Shown here piece by piece: positions 12,693-25,300 of a stretch of 64,000 bases of DNA (its first letter is position 1; each line of letters starts with the position of its first letter). Under the pieces are notes generated by a model that saw only the letters and a list, made by a program, of their open reading frames with translations, was not told the origin of the DNA and did no database searches. The position numbers and the translations under genes are program-made. Source of the stretch: Octopus bimaculoides (Eukaryota). The stretch spans positions 64,816,247 to 64,880,246 of the forward strand of contig NC_068986.1 in the NCBI RefSeq assembly GCF_001194135.2. The letters run 5' to 3'.

Positions 12693-12854
12693 CTTATGTA
12701 TATATTTATATTATCTCAGTTTTAAAAAAACCATGACAATGTAAATATGTTAATAGTTACCATGGGTAGCAAAAATTACACAAAAAAAACAGGATATCAC
12801 ACCCGTTTTATAGGTAGAGATACCAAGTTAAAGTGATGCATTTTGAGTAGATAT

Positions 12855-12947
12855 GAATAATAACAATAAATGGAGCAAAACGCATATAAATAAAAATTCC
12901 TTTAACTTTTATTTATATGCGTTCTGCTCCATTCATTGTTATTATTC
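12855..12947. repeat. 41-bp inverted repeat with 11-nt loop
   Basis: Arms 12855-12895 and 12907-12947; two mismatches. Confidence 0.9.
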
Positions 12948-13787
12948 CTGAGGTGAATAGTGTAAGGTTTACCAAATTCAGCTTTACTTCCAGGGTTGAT
13001 AAAATAAAATATGTCCTATATCGGACTGAAATAGCCAGCTATACCCTCATCCAAATTTGAGGTAATGTGAAGAATCCACTGAAGTGGATATATAGCCAAA
13101 CATATCCAACGCTATAAAAATTAAAATAAAAACGGTGGAATTTTGGTTTAAGCACTCCAAATAACCACTCATAACTTTATTTTTTGGAACTTTCAGAAAA
13201 AAAATATTTGCGAAATTGTGTTCTACACACGGGAATTCATATAAATATGCAAAAAAAAAAAAAAAATCGTGATTTAAGGGCGATTTAGCTGTTATTTTTA
13301 GCACATCTCACGACCACAAAATAAACACTATTGCTGCTGAATTATGTTCCTATAAAGGAAACATTAAGAATATTCCGTAAAATAGAGAACGATAAAATTT
13401 TTATTTTCAAAGGGAGATTAAGAAAAACAAAGCGATAGTAACTTTTACATAAAGAAAAAAAATTAAAATCACACAAAATTAAATCTTTAATATAAAGTTT
13501 GTGGAAATATCGCAATAATTTTGTTGAGAAATTTCAAATTAACAAAAAACATTTGAGATGAAAATGAATTAAAATAGGAATTGAAATTAAGTAGAAAACT
13601 AAAAACAAATGAGAAACGGACGGAAGTGTTTCCGAAAAAAGTTAATAAAACAGCTCTTTTTGTTTATTTGAAATAAAATTTTAAATAGCAGATTTTTTTC
13701 GATTCTAAAAAAATATTTTATTAGATTTAAATTTGAATGCAATATTGAAAAATAAAATCGATAATACCCAACAGGTTAATGCTCGCT

Positions 13788-14822
13788 TTATATAACGCAA
13801 ACATCAACAAACCGTGGATTGTCTTGTCTTTCATCATGCACCGTGAAGCCTTGACCATTCCCTCCAGTTGTGTCTTTTTCTAACTGAGGGACACTAAGAC
13901 ACATTGGGCACAAATGATTCCTGATAGATGATGATCTCATCCACATAACCAAATTATGTCGGGTTCCAGATTCAATGGGAAGTGCTTCGTGCATCTGGCG
14001 ACCTCGATGAAGGATTCCATATCTTGGTGTGTTAGGATAGTGAAAAGTTGACGTTTCATACATTTCTGTGTTAAGTCCGCGGAAGTTCAAGCCACCCGCA
14101 CTAAATTCTTTACCAAGGCAAACATTCAGTGTTATTTCAGCATTGTCATAATGAGCACCAAGATTTCTATCTTGCCCGCAAGCATACTTCACAGTAAAAA
14201 CTCTATGAGAATCAAGACTACCACCTCCAAAATCGGGAAACAAGTAGCGTGTAATCCATGATAAATAATTAATTCTTAAAGGCTCCAGCAACTCCTTATC
14301 GAAACCTAATTCATCGAGCAGGCAACCGTTATTGTTCATTGTATTTGGTCGGCCTTTCGGTAAATCACTTCTTTCAAAATTTTCCAGTTCTCGGATGAAC
14401 ATGTCGCAAAACTCTTGCGTAAAAACAGGAAATGCATAGAGACGAAACGATTTATGTATAGTGATAGATTTTTTAACATCATCATTCATTCCTGCGTTCT
14501 TGCATAAGTAAACCAAATGCAAGAATTTTGGATCCAAATATGATTCTTTCAGAAAATAAATGCTTGGATGCAATGGTCTGTATCTGGATGAGATCAGTTG
14601 ACGTCGATGTAAAGCATTTTTACATATATCACGCCTTCTTTGTATTTCATCTTTTATCTCTTTAAATATTGATTCAAATTGTTCTTTAGAATTGCAACCC
14701 TTTTGTCGAAGTGTTTCACCGTAAAGAGTTTTAAACGAAGATTCATCTTTGAAAGTAACGTGCATCCCATATTTTCTTAGAAATATGTTACGGCTGTAGA
14801 AGCATGCACAATTGTAAAACAT
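13788..14822 (-). CDS. OGFOD2: 2-oxoglutarate/Fe(II)-dependent oxygenase domain-containing protein 2, single coding exon, 344 aa
   Basis: N-terminal CACFYSRNIFLRKYGMHVTF, RPNTMNNNG, HxD (AHYDNAEITLN), distal His and Arg (HRGRQMHEALPI..RHNLVMW), C-terminal CPMC. Uninterrupted ORF; AATAAA on the minus strand at 13663-13668. Confidence 0.92.
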   Translation of the reverse strand: MFYNCACFYSRNIFLRKYGMHVTFKDESSFKTLYGETLRQKGCNSKEQFESIFKEIKDEIQRRRDICKNALHRRQLISSRYRPLHPSIYFLKESYLDPKFLHLVYLCKNAGMNDDVKKSITIHKSFRLYAFPVFTQEFCDMFIRELENFERSDLPKGRPNTMNNNGCLLDELGFDKELLEPLRINYLSWITRYLFPDFGGGSLDSHRVFTVKYACGQDRNLGAHYDNAEITLNVCLGKEFSAGGLNFRGLNTEMYETSTFHYPNTPRYGILHRGRQMHEALPIESGTRHNLVMWMRSSSIRNHLCPMCLSVPQLEKDTTGGNGQGFTVHDERQDNPRFVDVCVI

Positions 14823-14954
14823 GATTAAATTCGAAATAACTGATCAATAGTTTTGTTTGGTATACATCATAAAAATAAAAACTGATTAAAGAAAAAAATA
14901 TATACGCCTATAAAGCGCCAGGTTTGCAGGAATAATAAATAACAGATAACAAAT

Positions 14955-14968
14955 CAGTGACGTCACTG
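14955..14968. promoter_or_regulatory. Perfect 14-bp palindrome with CRE/ATF core
   Basis: CAGTGACGTCACTG, about 130 nt upstream of the OGFOD2 ATG. Confidence 0.55.
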
Positions 14969-15760
14969 TAGCATATTTATGACGTATGACAATAATAGTT
15001 GCGTGTGAAAAGTAAGGAATAAAACAATGTCAACTTGGAAGAGTATCAGAAAGTTCTAGGCATAAAATGTAGAGATAACTAAGGATTGAGTAGTAAGGTA
15101 GAAATTAAATTAAAAATGACTGATCTCCCCATAACACACCACGTGTTGCATGAGATTGGAAACTGTTAGTATTTTCAACTTTGTCAACAGTAACAAATAA
15201 CGATATTACAGTGGTAGTAAAGTATAGGTTTACAGAGAAAAAACATATCGCTTTTATCCCATCCCCACCCGACAGGCTCAACTTGTCAATATTTCAAATG
15301 GAACAGAAGCTTCCAAAATAAAACAAAAAAACAAATATTGATTAAACTTGAAAAATACAATTTTATTATTGTGTATGAGTTAAAACATAAATAACCCATT
15401 TATAACTAACAATAATCGGTTGACTAAGAAACTAAAAGTACCTTAGTTAAAAACTATGAAATAAACAAACAAACGCCATCAATACATTCAAACGAGTTAA
15501 ATGCCGAAGTATTAGCCAACTGTCATTTCTAACGCATGTTTCGATTTGTCAATTTGAATGCTAAGCTAGATTGAAAATTTCTCTTCGTAAATATTGTAGG
15601 AGGCAATTAAAACTATTACGATGATAAATATTATGCATTTATGCATTCTAATATTGTTAGAAGAATAAATTGTTTAGAGTGTGAGAGCTATGCTTTATTC
15701 AATTTAACTATAAATTATAAAAGATTTGACAAATAAGCCAGCAACAGCCATAAGAATATT

Positions 15761-15804
15761 GACCAATCAGTGCGCTGCTTTCTAAAAACAAAAATTAGCG
15801 CGAA
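15761..15804 (+). promoter_or_regulatory. CCAAT box and E2F-like site upstream of PKMYT1
   Basis: GACCAATCAG at 15761 and TTAGCGCGAA at 15795, about 120-165 nt before the ATG, in CpG-poor surroundings. Confidence 0.45.
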
Positions 15805-15924
15805 TTAAATAAGTCGTGTGTGAGTGAGAACTTGTTGTTGAATATCTTCACCAACAAGTTGAAATATACATATATAAATATATATCTTTCTCTTCGTTTA
15901 TTTTGATTAACTACAGTTACTTAA

Positions 15925-15993
15925 ATGGCATTTTCAAGTCCTAGACCGACACCAAAGTTCTTCACAGAAACTGCAACATTTAGTACAAAGAAA
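15925..15993 (+). CDS. PKMYT1: PKMYT1 coding exon 1
   Basis: [23 protein letters not shown]; donor gtaagt; phase 0. Confidence 0.85.
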
Positions 15994-18900
15994 GTAAGTA
16001 AATTTTGTGTTAACAGTTGCCATGTGTATTTAAAGTTGGCTCCTTTCATTCTGTTTTTGCTTTATATTGTATTCGTTAGTTGTTCATACTTGTATTTTAT
16101 TTTCACATGACGCGGGTCGGAGTGAGGTAATATTTCTGTTTCGTTATCTAAATTTATTGTAAATATTTTAAACGTGTTAATTGTTTTCGCCCCGTTGAAA
16201 GTCCTTAACAAACTCCGCCTTCATTTTAGTCAAGTCTGTCAGGCCCACCTTATTTATCATTTTTTGTTTATTTCTACTCAACGCTGTCAGTTTATATTAA
16301 TTGCTTTTCTTAGTTCTTTTGATCTTAACGTTTGCTAACGGCATCCACCCACAAAAATGTTTATTCTACTTTATTCTCCTCATTCTCATCCTGTCTTATT
16401 TATTACAAAAAAAAAATGAACATTTTCAAATTCTATGTTATATAACAAAACTTATTTGGATGAAGATAAGAGTCTACACAATTAACTTTCCTCCAATTAG
16501 TTTTATCCATCGTGTATGTATTGGTTTGTGGCCCTTCTATAGTTGATAAACTGGGATTTCCGTATCTAATATTTGATTTTGATAATGTGCATATTGCAAC
16601 TGTTGCTTTGTATATCCACATCAGCTTATATTTCTTCAGTTAAGTTGACATCCAGTTTGAGCTTTAATGAGGAGGCTGGTCATAATATATTTGTAGAAAA
16701 GAAAGGAGATTGATTAAATGCTTAAGAAACTCTTACTATTTACTATAGAGAAAAAGTGTTTTGATTAATGAAATTTCATGTCTAATTGTAAAGGAATGTT
16801 TCCGCCTTTTTTTTTTTTTTAAACCTTTAGAATAAATATTATGATGTTAGGTTCCTACATATTCTGTCATTCTCCGAACTCAGGCTCTTGGAAAGTAGTG
16901 TCTGCTAACGCTTAATTAGTCTCCACAAGTTTACGATTTAAATTTTTTGAATTTTGTTAAAAAGTTCTATAAAGTTATAAACAAACTTTAAAAGAGGTTA
17001 TTTCTCCAAAATCTAACCAATATTGACCTTGGCCTTGCTCAGATATTAATTTCAGTTTCTGAAAGATTGACTGAATCGGATTAATGGGAAAGAAGGAAAA
17101 AAACTGCATTTGAGAATTAATCTTGGATTCTTGAAAAGTGTAGAGAAACTTTTTGACACTTCAAAGTAGGTGTGGTTCCCGCCTTCATAGAGTTGTACTG
17201 CTGGTGGAGTAACTTTTTTTTTTTTTTTTTTTTTTAGCTTTGTTAAATCTTAATTTGTGACACCCACAATTCTTCTTGCCACCATTTACCCCTTGTTTCA
17301 TGACACCGATGAGTTTACATTAACTGCTTGTAACCAACGAGGGAACGTCTAGGCGGTCACTTGACCTGGTAGAAATAGCAACCAAATCTGCTTTGAATCG
17401 CATCAAAATATGAAAGTGTAGATTGTAAAAATGTGTGAATAGTGCATATGAAAAAGATGGGACAGTCGTGGTTGGAATGCCTCAGTAGTTTACTCGATTA
17501 GAGTTGAGCATTAAGTCTGCAGACGACATTTGGAAGATGCGGATTACCAGTCATTGTATTACAGTTAAAGAGGATCAAAAGAAATATTTCTGTAAACTAT
17601 AAAAATTAAGTTGCGTATCTTTTTCCATTTACCTCAATAGTGAGGTGGAAATTTTCTTCAGCGTCCACAACAATGCTAATTTCGTTGTGAATACAACGCA
17701 ACAGCGTTTAACCTTCCTCCTTAAGATGCTGAATTCCCTTCCGATACTAGTTGAAACATTTGAGTTTCATTTTCCTAATTCCTACAAGAAAAACAAAACC
17801 CCCGACTCTTGATTAGTGATTAATGACATGATTTGTTTACCCAAGTACATCATGTTCGTGGTTTCTACAGTACTACTCTTGATTTTTACAATGGCACAAG
17901 ACAAAATTTGTAAAGAAGAGTAAAGTCGATCCAGCCTGTCTTTATCGTCCACAAAGGAAAAGACGAATTCGGAGGGTTAATATATAGATCCGCACCCGGT
18001 AGAAAAATTGAAAAAAAAATAGTGTAGTAGTTGAAGTGCACCGTATATTGAACAAATATGAAGGAAAAAATGCGCGCTGCGAAAGGGGGTGGGGTGGGGA
18101 GAGGGCTCGGAAAATTCACACAACCCGAGCACTAAATCTCAACGTCCGGTCACAGGAGTGAAACAAAAATCATGTAATACTTCTAATGCAATGTATATTG
18201 AACAAATATGAAGGAAAAAATGCGCGCTGGCAAACGGTGGGTGGGTGGGGAGAGGGCTCGGAAAATTCACACGGTCAGCCCTGCACAACCCGAGCGCTGA
18301 ATCTCAACGTCCGGTCACAGGAGTGAAACAAAAATCATGTAATCTGTTATTTGATCTGATTATTGGCACAAGCATCAATTCCTTTTAATTAGCACTAAAT
18401 CAGGATGGTATCTTGCACTGGCTGTACTTTAACTTTATTTGGTTGCGTGGAGTTCGTTGGAACATATCATTTTTGGTTTTGTTTGTGATAGAAAATATAC
18501 AAGAGATGTCATCATGACAAACGTTAGCCAATTCAATGCAAGCTGTTTTCTTAATCCTATTTGGATTCAGATTCGCACTTGTTTTCGTACATTTGTTACT
18601 GTAACGCTGTTTACTCGACTTCAAATGAGCTCTGGCCGAGTGGACCTATTCTTTTTTATATTTTGTCTCATTCCAAGTACAGTTTACACTCATACCACAT
18701 TTTTCATAGTGTTCCACTTATCTAAGATGGTAAGATGTGATTTGAAAGAAACCCAGCTGGCACTTCTAGCAGGTAGTAAAATTGCTATGTGAAGGCAGTC
18801 AGCGATGAAGCTTTTATATTGTCCCTTGATTTGCTTGAAACAATAGCTAAATCTCAATAGCTCAATCTCTCTAAAAATAGATTGCTGTTTTTAGATTTTC

Positions 18901-21900
18901 ATTTTGGTTAAGATCCAAATTTATTGATGAAAATATTTTTGGATAAAAATCTAAAACAAAATTAAACATGAAACCCTGACCGTGATTCACTTATTTACAT
19001 GCGTTAAAGATCAAAATAATTATTTCTCGTTTATTTGACGGGCGTGGCTGTATGGTAAGAAGTTTGCTTCCCAGCCACTTCGTTCAAGGTTCTGTTTCAC
19101 TGCTTGGCGCTTTGGCAAGTGTCTTCTATGGGGCCGAGCCGACCAAAACCTTGTGAGTGAATTTAGTAGATAGAAACTGAAAGAAGCCTGGTGTGTGTGT
19201 TCATGTCTCCTTGCCTTGACTTCAAGTGGTAACTGTAAACAAGTGTCACCATCAAGCAACTGGTGTCCTTTGTTTCCAATCTTCTGTGAAAACACGTCTG
19301 GTCAGGAGCAGATGTTACCTTACTTGGAAACAAGGTGAGGGTTGGCAATGAGAAGGCCATCTGACTGTAGAAAATCTTCACTATAAATTCTGTCCAACCA
19401 AGCATGGAAAAGTGGACGTTGAACTTATTATGATGGCATAAATCTGAAAATGTTATTACTTGTTGAAAACTCTTTGGATACTCTATATTTTCCCCCTCTG
19501 TATTGTACAATTAGATACCATCATGATGTTTTTCAGTTTTAATATTGTAGTATGTTTACATTAAGTGGTCTAGAGCAGTGGTGGTCCGCAGACAGGTGCC
19601 AGTCCACGAGCCATCAGCTACTGGTATGCGGCGAATTTCCAGAAAAGACAAACCTTATAAAATACTTATGTAATATTGTATTATTTGTTTACAAAATAAA
19701 TATAAGATTAAAAAATTGTCAGCTTTTATGTTCATTATATATATTTGTTTCCAGTATAAATTAATATTACTAAGAAATATTAGCAGTCCCTGGAACATTG
19801 GGAAAAAAAAAAATTGCTGGTATGCCACATCAGATAGTTTGAGAAGCACTGGTCTAGAGGATATTTTGAATTAGTTTTCTATAAATGTAATTTTTTTTTT
19901 TTTTTAAGGACAGTTGATTCAAAATCTTTTAGAATTCATTGTCATTAATACGAATTTTTTTCATGATTATGTGTAATTATTTTACTGACTTTGGTGTGGT
20001 TAAATGGAAAGTTAATTCTTATGGGATGCTGAGAAAATTCTAACTAACAGTATTAATTTCCCATTTGGTTCTAAATGAGAGCTAGTTCATTAGATTTTTT
20101 GGTTAGCCTGTTAGCAGAAGATAATTAACTCTCAAAAGCTCAATCACTTGTGTTAGCAGTGTGGACACTAATTGTTTACCATTTAAATTACCTTATCCAA
20201 AGAAGTCCATATCAATTTGTTTAACTTCCTTTAATATAAACAATTCTATAGAAATCGAGCCAATGGAGGAACCTCTGTGCAGTTGTTTGACTGGCTAGAA
20301 ATAAAAACCACTTCTTCAAATCACTCTCTCCCTTAACGGTTACATTCAACAATAATATGCAATAAGATTGGCTGGTTGCAGCTAAAATTCTTTTTAGCAT
20401 GAGGATGATGAGACGAAGCAACAACAATCTTTATGAATTTTTTTGTGTCAGAATTAACATTTAAGTAAACCTACAATTAATTCAAGTTTCTGCTGTTAGT
20501 ATCTCTGTGTAACTATTTATTGCAATGCTTGTTGCAGGCTAGGGGTACACCTCGTGATTCATTGCCACCAAAACCTCCTGTGAAGAGTGCACCTCCATTC
20601 AGCCGAATATTTGCCCTTCGTTTGCAACAGAAAGCATTACCTGTATCATTCCATAAAACAAACAACAGTATCCTTTTGATGTTTGCAGAAATTGTAGTTT
20701 TGTATGTGAGAACGTTTCAAAAGTCATTTTTCAACATCTGTAATACTAATGTAATAATATTACATACAATGTTTAGTTGTGCAAAGCTGTTTAGCATCTA
20801 TAATCTAGAAATGTATATTGTGGCTAGTTGTACACATGTTAACTGTTTAGTAGCTATAATACTGTTATTTCATATATTTTAGTTGTATGAATATTATATT
20901 TCTTTCGTATGTTCTGCTCTGTTTTTTATAAACTTTATCCTTTAAATTGAATACCTACAATTCTAACTTCAATTGTCATGTGTCAAATTAATCCTTGCAT
21001 GAAGAACTAGTTTCTGTCTACAAATAAACAGTGACCAGTTCTATTATTAGCATACATGTGAAATTCGTCAGTGGATATTAAGACTATATACTAATAGGTC
21101 ATGAGTTTGAATCTGTATCTATGGATAGAACAGCTTGTTCCAATTCTCAGCCAAAGGGACTGGATCATCTGGCAGTGTTGCTTGTAAATGATAGATTTGT
21201 AAACTTTCCGGGGGGAAGTGTTTTTCATCTGCTTCATGCTGTGAAATTGGAGTTAAGCACTTGATCCATAAAAACCCCTTTGGTCTCTCGAGATATTTTT
21301 GTTTTAGGAGAGCAGTGCAGTTGTAGTGTACAAGTAGAAGACTGAGCTGATGCACATGATCCAAGTAGGAGAAACCTGCAAAAGAAATAGGAAGTAGTAG
21401 TGAAAAGGGATCTCAGGAGGCCAATGCAGCTTGTAGGGATACTGTGTTGGAGAAGAGCCATGTACACATAGAAAAACATGTGAAACATGGATAATAACAA
21501 TAAATATTACGACACAGACAATCATGATTCCTGGGATACAGCATCGTCATTTTTATTCCTTTCTCCCCTTTTTTTTTGGTACTTACAGGCACTCAAGCAG
21601 TCCCTGAAAATATACCAATTCATTTTCGTTTATTTTTTGCTTATTTACTAGTTTGTTGAGAAAAATGCAGCTCTTACTACATATGGCTGTTTGTATCTTT
21701 CACATAATGTTTCAAGAACTGATTCCTTATCTTGTCTATCTTTACTAAATCCAAACTATGATGAACATAACAAGGAACCTTACTTCAATCAGTGCTTTGA
21801 GGTGGTCTCAAAGATTGGAGCTGGTTCATTTGGAGAGGTTAGTATTTTTACTTTACAGTAAAGCAAGAAAATTTGGGCATAAGAGGCATCAGATGTAGTG

Positions 21901-22340
21901 TGCACAAGAGAAGCCTGCCTTCGTATGGTCATGTGTATGGATGAAAACAGGTGCATATCATCATCATCATCCATCATTTTGAATTTGGGTTTTGTCCCTG
22001 TTAATGGGGGTGGCTGGATCTACCTCAATGCCATAGCAACCGCCCTTACACCACCTTGTCTGGTTTTGGGTGTCTTCCCTTCTTAAGCCAGTCCTCCCAA
22101 TCTCCTCCTCCACCTGTTCCCTCCACATTTTCCTCGGTCTATCTTGCTTTTGCTGTCCATTTACCTCATACTCTAGCATCCTCTTCAGAACATGCTCCTC
22201 ATCCCTCCTCAACACATACCCATACCACTGCACTCCGTTCCACTGATTCCTCCAACCCCAGCATCCCCATCAAGTCCTCAGTCCTCCTCTTATCAAACAG
22301 CCTCATGCCACACATTTCTCTCACCATTGCTCTGTCCTCA

Positions 22341-22373
<33 letters not shown>

Positions 22374-25300
22374 CCTCAAACACCATGTCTCACTCCCATA
22401 CAACATTACAGCTCTCACACCACTCCTACAGACCTTTCCTTTCGTCTTCAATGAGAACCAGTTCCCATATGACTATGCTCAACATTCCCTGAACTTCATC
22501 CAGCCAAGTCTTGCTCTTGCTGTCACAGCTGCTTTATATCCACCACTTAAATCCACCCTATTTCCCAAATAACAAAACCCTCTCACCATCTCCACCTCAT
22601 TGCATAGTGTTTCCCGCTCCTTTCTCACGTCTTCCACAAATAAACTCTCTTGCCAGTCTTGGGGTCACCGTCTTCATTTTCGTACATCTACCATGAATCC
22701 ATTTCTCATCTCGTACACAACGCATTTACCATTACCCTTCTCCCACATACACCACAATGATCCACCTTACTTACACTTCTCCTTCCAATCCACTCACCAT
22801 CACCTTTGTCTTCCTGGGGTTTACCTTCAAACCCTTGCTTTCAAACGCCTCCTTTCATTTCCAAAACTTCTTCCTCAATCCCTCCATCATCTCACTCATC
22901 AAAACAAGGTCATCTGCATACAGTATTTCCATTAGCAATCCCTCTCTTGCACTCTCTGTCACCATGTCAACCACTATTGCAAACAATAATGGTTACAACA
23001 CAGATCCCTGATGCACACCAACTTTCACCACCAACTCTTCCAACAGCTCTGATCCAATTCTCACTCTTGTCTTTACCTCCTCAAACAAACTCGTCACTGC
23101 TCTCACTGTTACCTCTAGTACACCTCTCTTCCTCAGTGCCCACTCAGTTGCCTTCCTTGGAACCCTAATCTGTACAATGAATACTGCATCTATTGTCCCC
23201 CTTCCTAGCATAAAACCAAATTGCATCTCATCCACATCCACCCCTTTCCGAATTTTCCTCTCCAACACCCTTTCCAATTACCTTCATTGCATGATCCAAT
23301 AACTTCAGTCCTCTATACACCTCACAACTCATCGCATCCCCCTTCCCCTTGAAGATCAGTACCACCACACTTAGTGCCTTATCATCTGGCATTCTTCTTC
23401 CATCCAGCATCCCCTGGCAGAGCTCCATCATCACAATAATCCCTGTCAGTTATCATTTCCACACTTACTTCTGATGGACCAGCTGCCTTTCCTATTTTCA
23501 TTTCCTTCATTGCTTCCACTACTTCTTCCCAACTAACCCTCTTCACTGGCCCCTTCACCACAGTAACTTCTACCCTCTGATCCCATTCATTCTCCTCATT
23601 CATAATTCCCTCCATATGCTCCTTCCAAACTCTTTCCCTGTCCTTCTCACTAAAATTCAACCTTCCATCACCCCACCTCATGCATCTTCCTCCCTCAACA
23701 TCTCTTCCATCATTTTTCATTGATTTAATAAACCTAAACGCTATCTGTGTTCTCATCCAGCCTGCTCAACCTCTCCTCAGCCTACTTCCTCATAGATATC
23801 ACAACCACCCTCTTTGCATGATTCTTTATGTCATTATACCTGGCTTTCATTTGCTCAGTCCTATTATTACATAAAGCTTTGTGCACCTCCTCCTTCCTCA
23901 CTATCGCATCCTTCACCTCCTTGTTCTACCACCATGTATCTCTTCGATCTCTCCTACCCTTCGTCCATCCACACACTTTGTCACATGCCTTTAGTACCCT
24001 TTCTTTAAAAGACTTCCACAAATCCAGTGCATCAGTGCTTACCAACTCCCCAACTCTCTCCTCAAACCTTGCTCTTGTTTCTTCCTTCAATTTCCACACC
24101 TTTCTCATCTCAATCGTACCCTTTCTTTTAACGCTTTTTAACTTTCCTTTTATCTGAGTCAGCAACGACCAACCTGTACTGCAACTCTCCTGGTATTGCC
24201 TTCACATTTCTTAGATATTTTCTGTTTTTCCTACCAACCAACACGAAATCACTCTCTATCTTATCTCCTTCACAGAAAGCCACCTTTTCTCTGTGTTCAT
24301 AAACTGCGTATTGGCCACACACAACTCTTTCTCATTACAAAACTCCAACAGCATTCTCCCTTCCAAACTTCTCTCCTCAATTCCATTTCCCAACATGTCC
24401 ATTTTTTTTTGGGGGGGGGGCAGTTGATTAGATCGACCCAGTACACAACTGATACTTAATTTATTGACCCTAAAAGGACAAAAGGCAGAGTCGACCTCGG
24501 CAGAATTTGAACTCAGAATGTAAAAACAGACGGTCATAATATACAAACATTTCTCATGGCACCAGTACACTGTTTACAGATGCTTACAATTTTTTATGTT
24601 TTCCGTGAATTTTTCACAGGTCCAGCTACTGTAAATGATGATGATGATGATGAAATTCTCTTACTGCTCTACTTCTCAGGTGTACAAAGTTCGGAGCAAA
24701 GCAGATGGTCAATACTATGCTGTTAAAAAGTCTAGAGAAGCATTTCGTGGAGAATCAGATCGGTAAGTTGCTCTTCATTACTGGAAGAACTTGCTCACCA
24801 TTGTTTCTTCTCTCCATCTCTCTCAGTTGTTACTAACAACAGTCTCTGTTTCTCTGAATTTGCTTCTTATAAAATACACATGTAATTAATCGTATTTGAT
24901 GAATCTTCATTCTCCTGCCATTACATTGTCTCACTGCTTAGATTCCTATAGTAAATGAATGTTGCAGTCTTTTTTTTACCCCAAACACCTTCATCTGGAA
25001 CTGCTTTTAGTTCATATTCTCCACCCCATTCAGCTTATTCTCTCTACAAATAATAAGTTATGGTTATCACCCCAATGTCCTGAAACTGATCAGTAATAAC
25101 ATCTAGGTTTCAGAGGGATAACTTACATCTTAAGGCTTGGAGATTAAAACCTAGCTGTAGATTTTATTACACTATGTATTGTTAGGATAATAAATTTCAT
25201 TGTTGTTGTGCTTCCGAATGCCAACTAATTTAATATGATGTAGAACTAGTTATTGTTCAATCAGGCAATTCAAGCATATGTGACCCAGGATCACATTCTA

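Noticed and set aside
21119-21525. NUMT hypothesis (in-frame TGA codons read as Trp)
   Set aside because: Translation in the mitochondrial code resembles no mitochondrial protein I recognise.
21715-21716. AG acceptor for exon 3
   Set aside because: With the phase-1 donor it runs into TAA. It works only with a phase-2 donor that adds a hydrophobic insert and breaks homology spacing.
22056-24459. Many Ser/Pro/Leu-rich plus-strand ORFs
   Set aside because: Antisense shadows of the purine-rich RTE ORF2.
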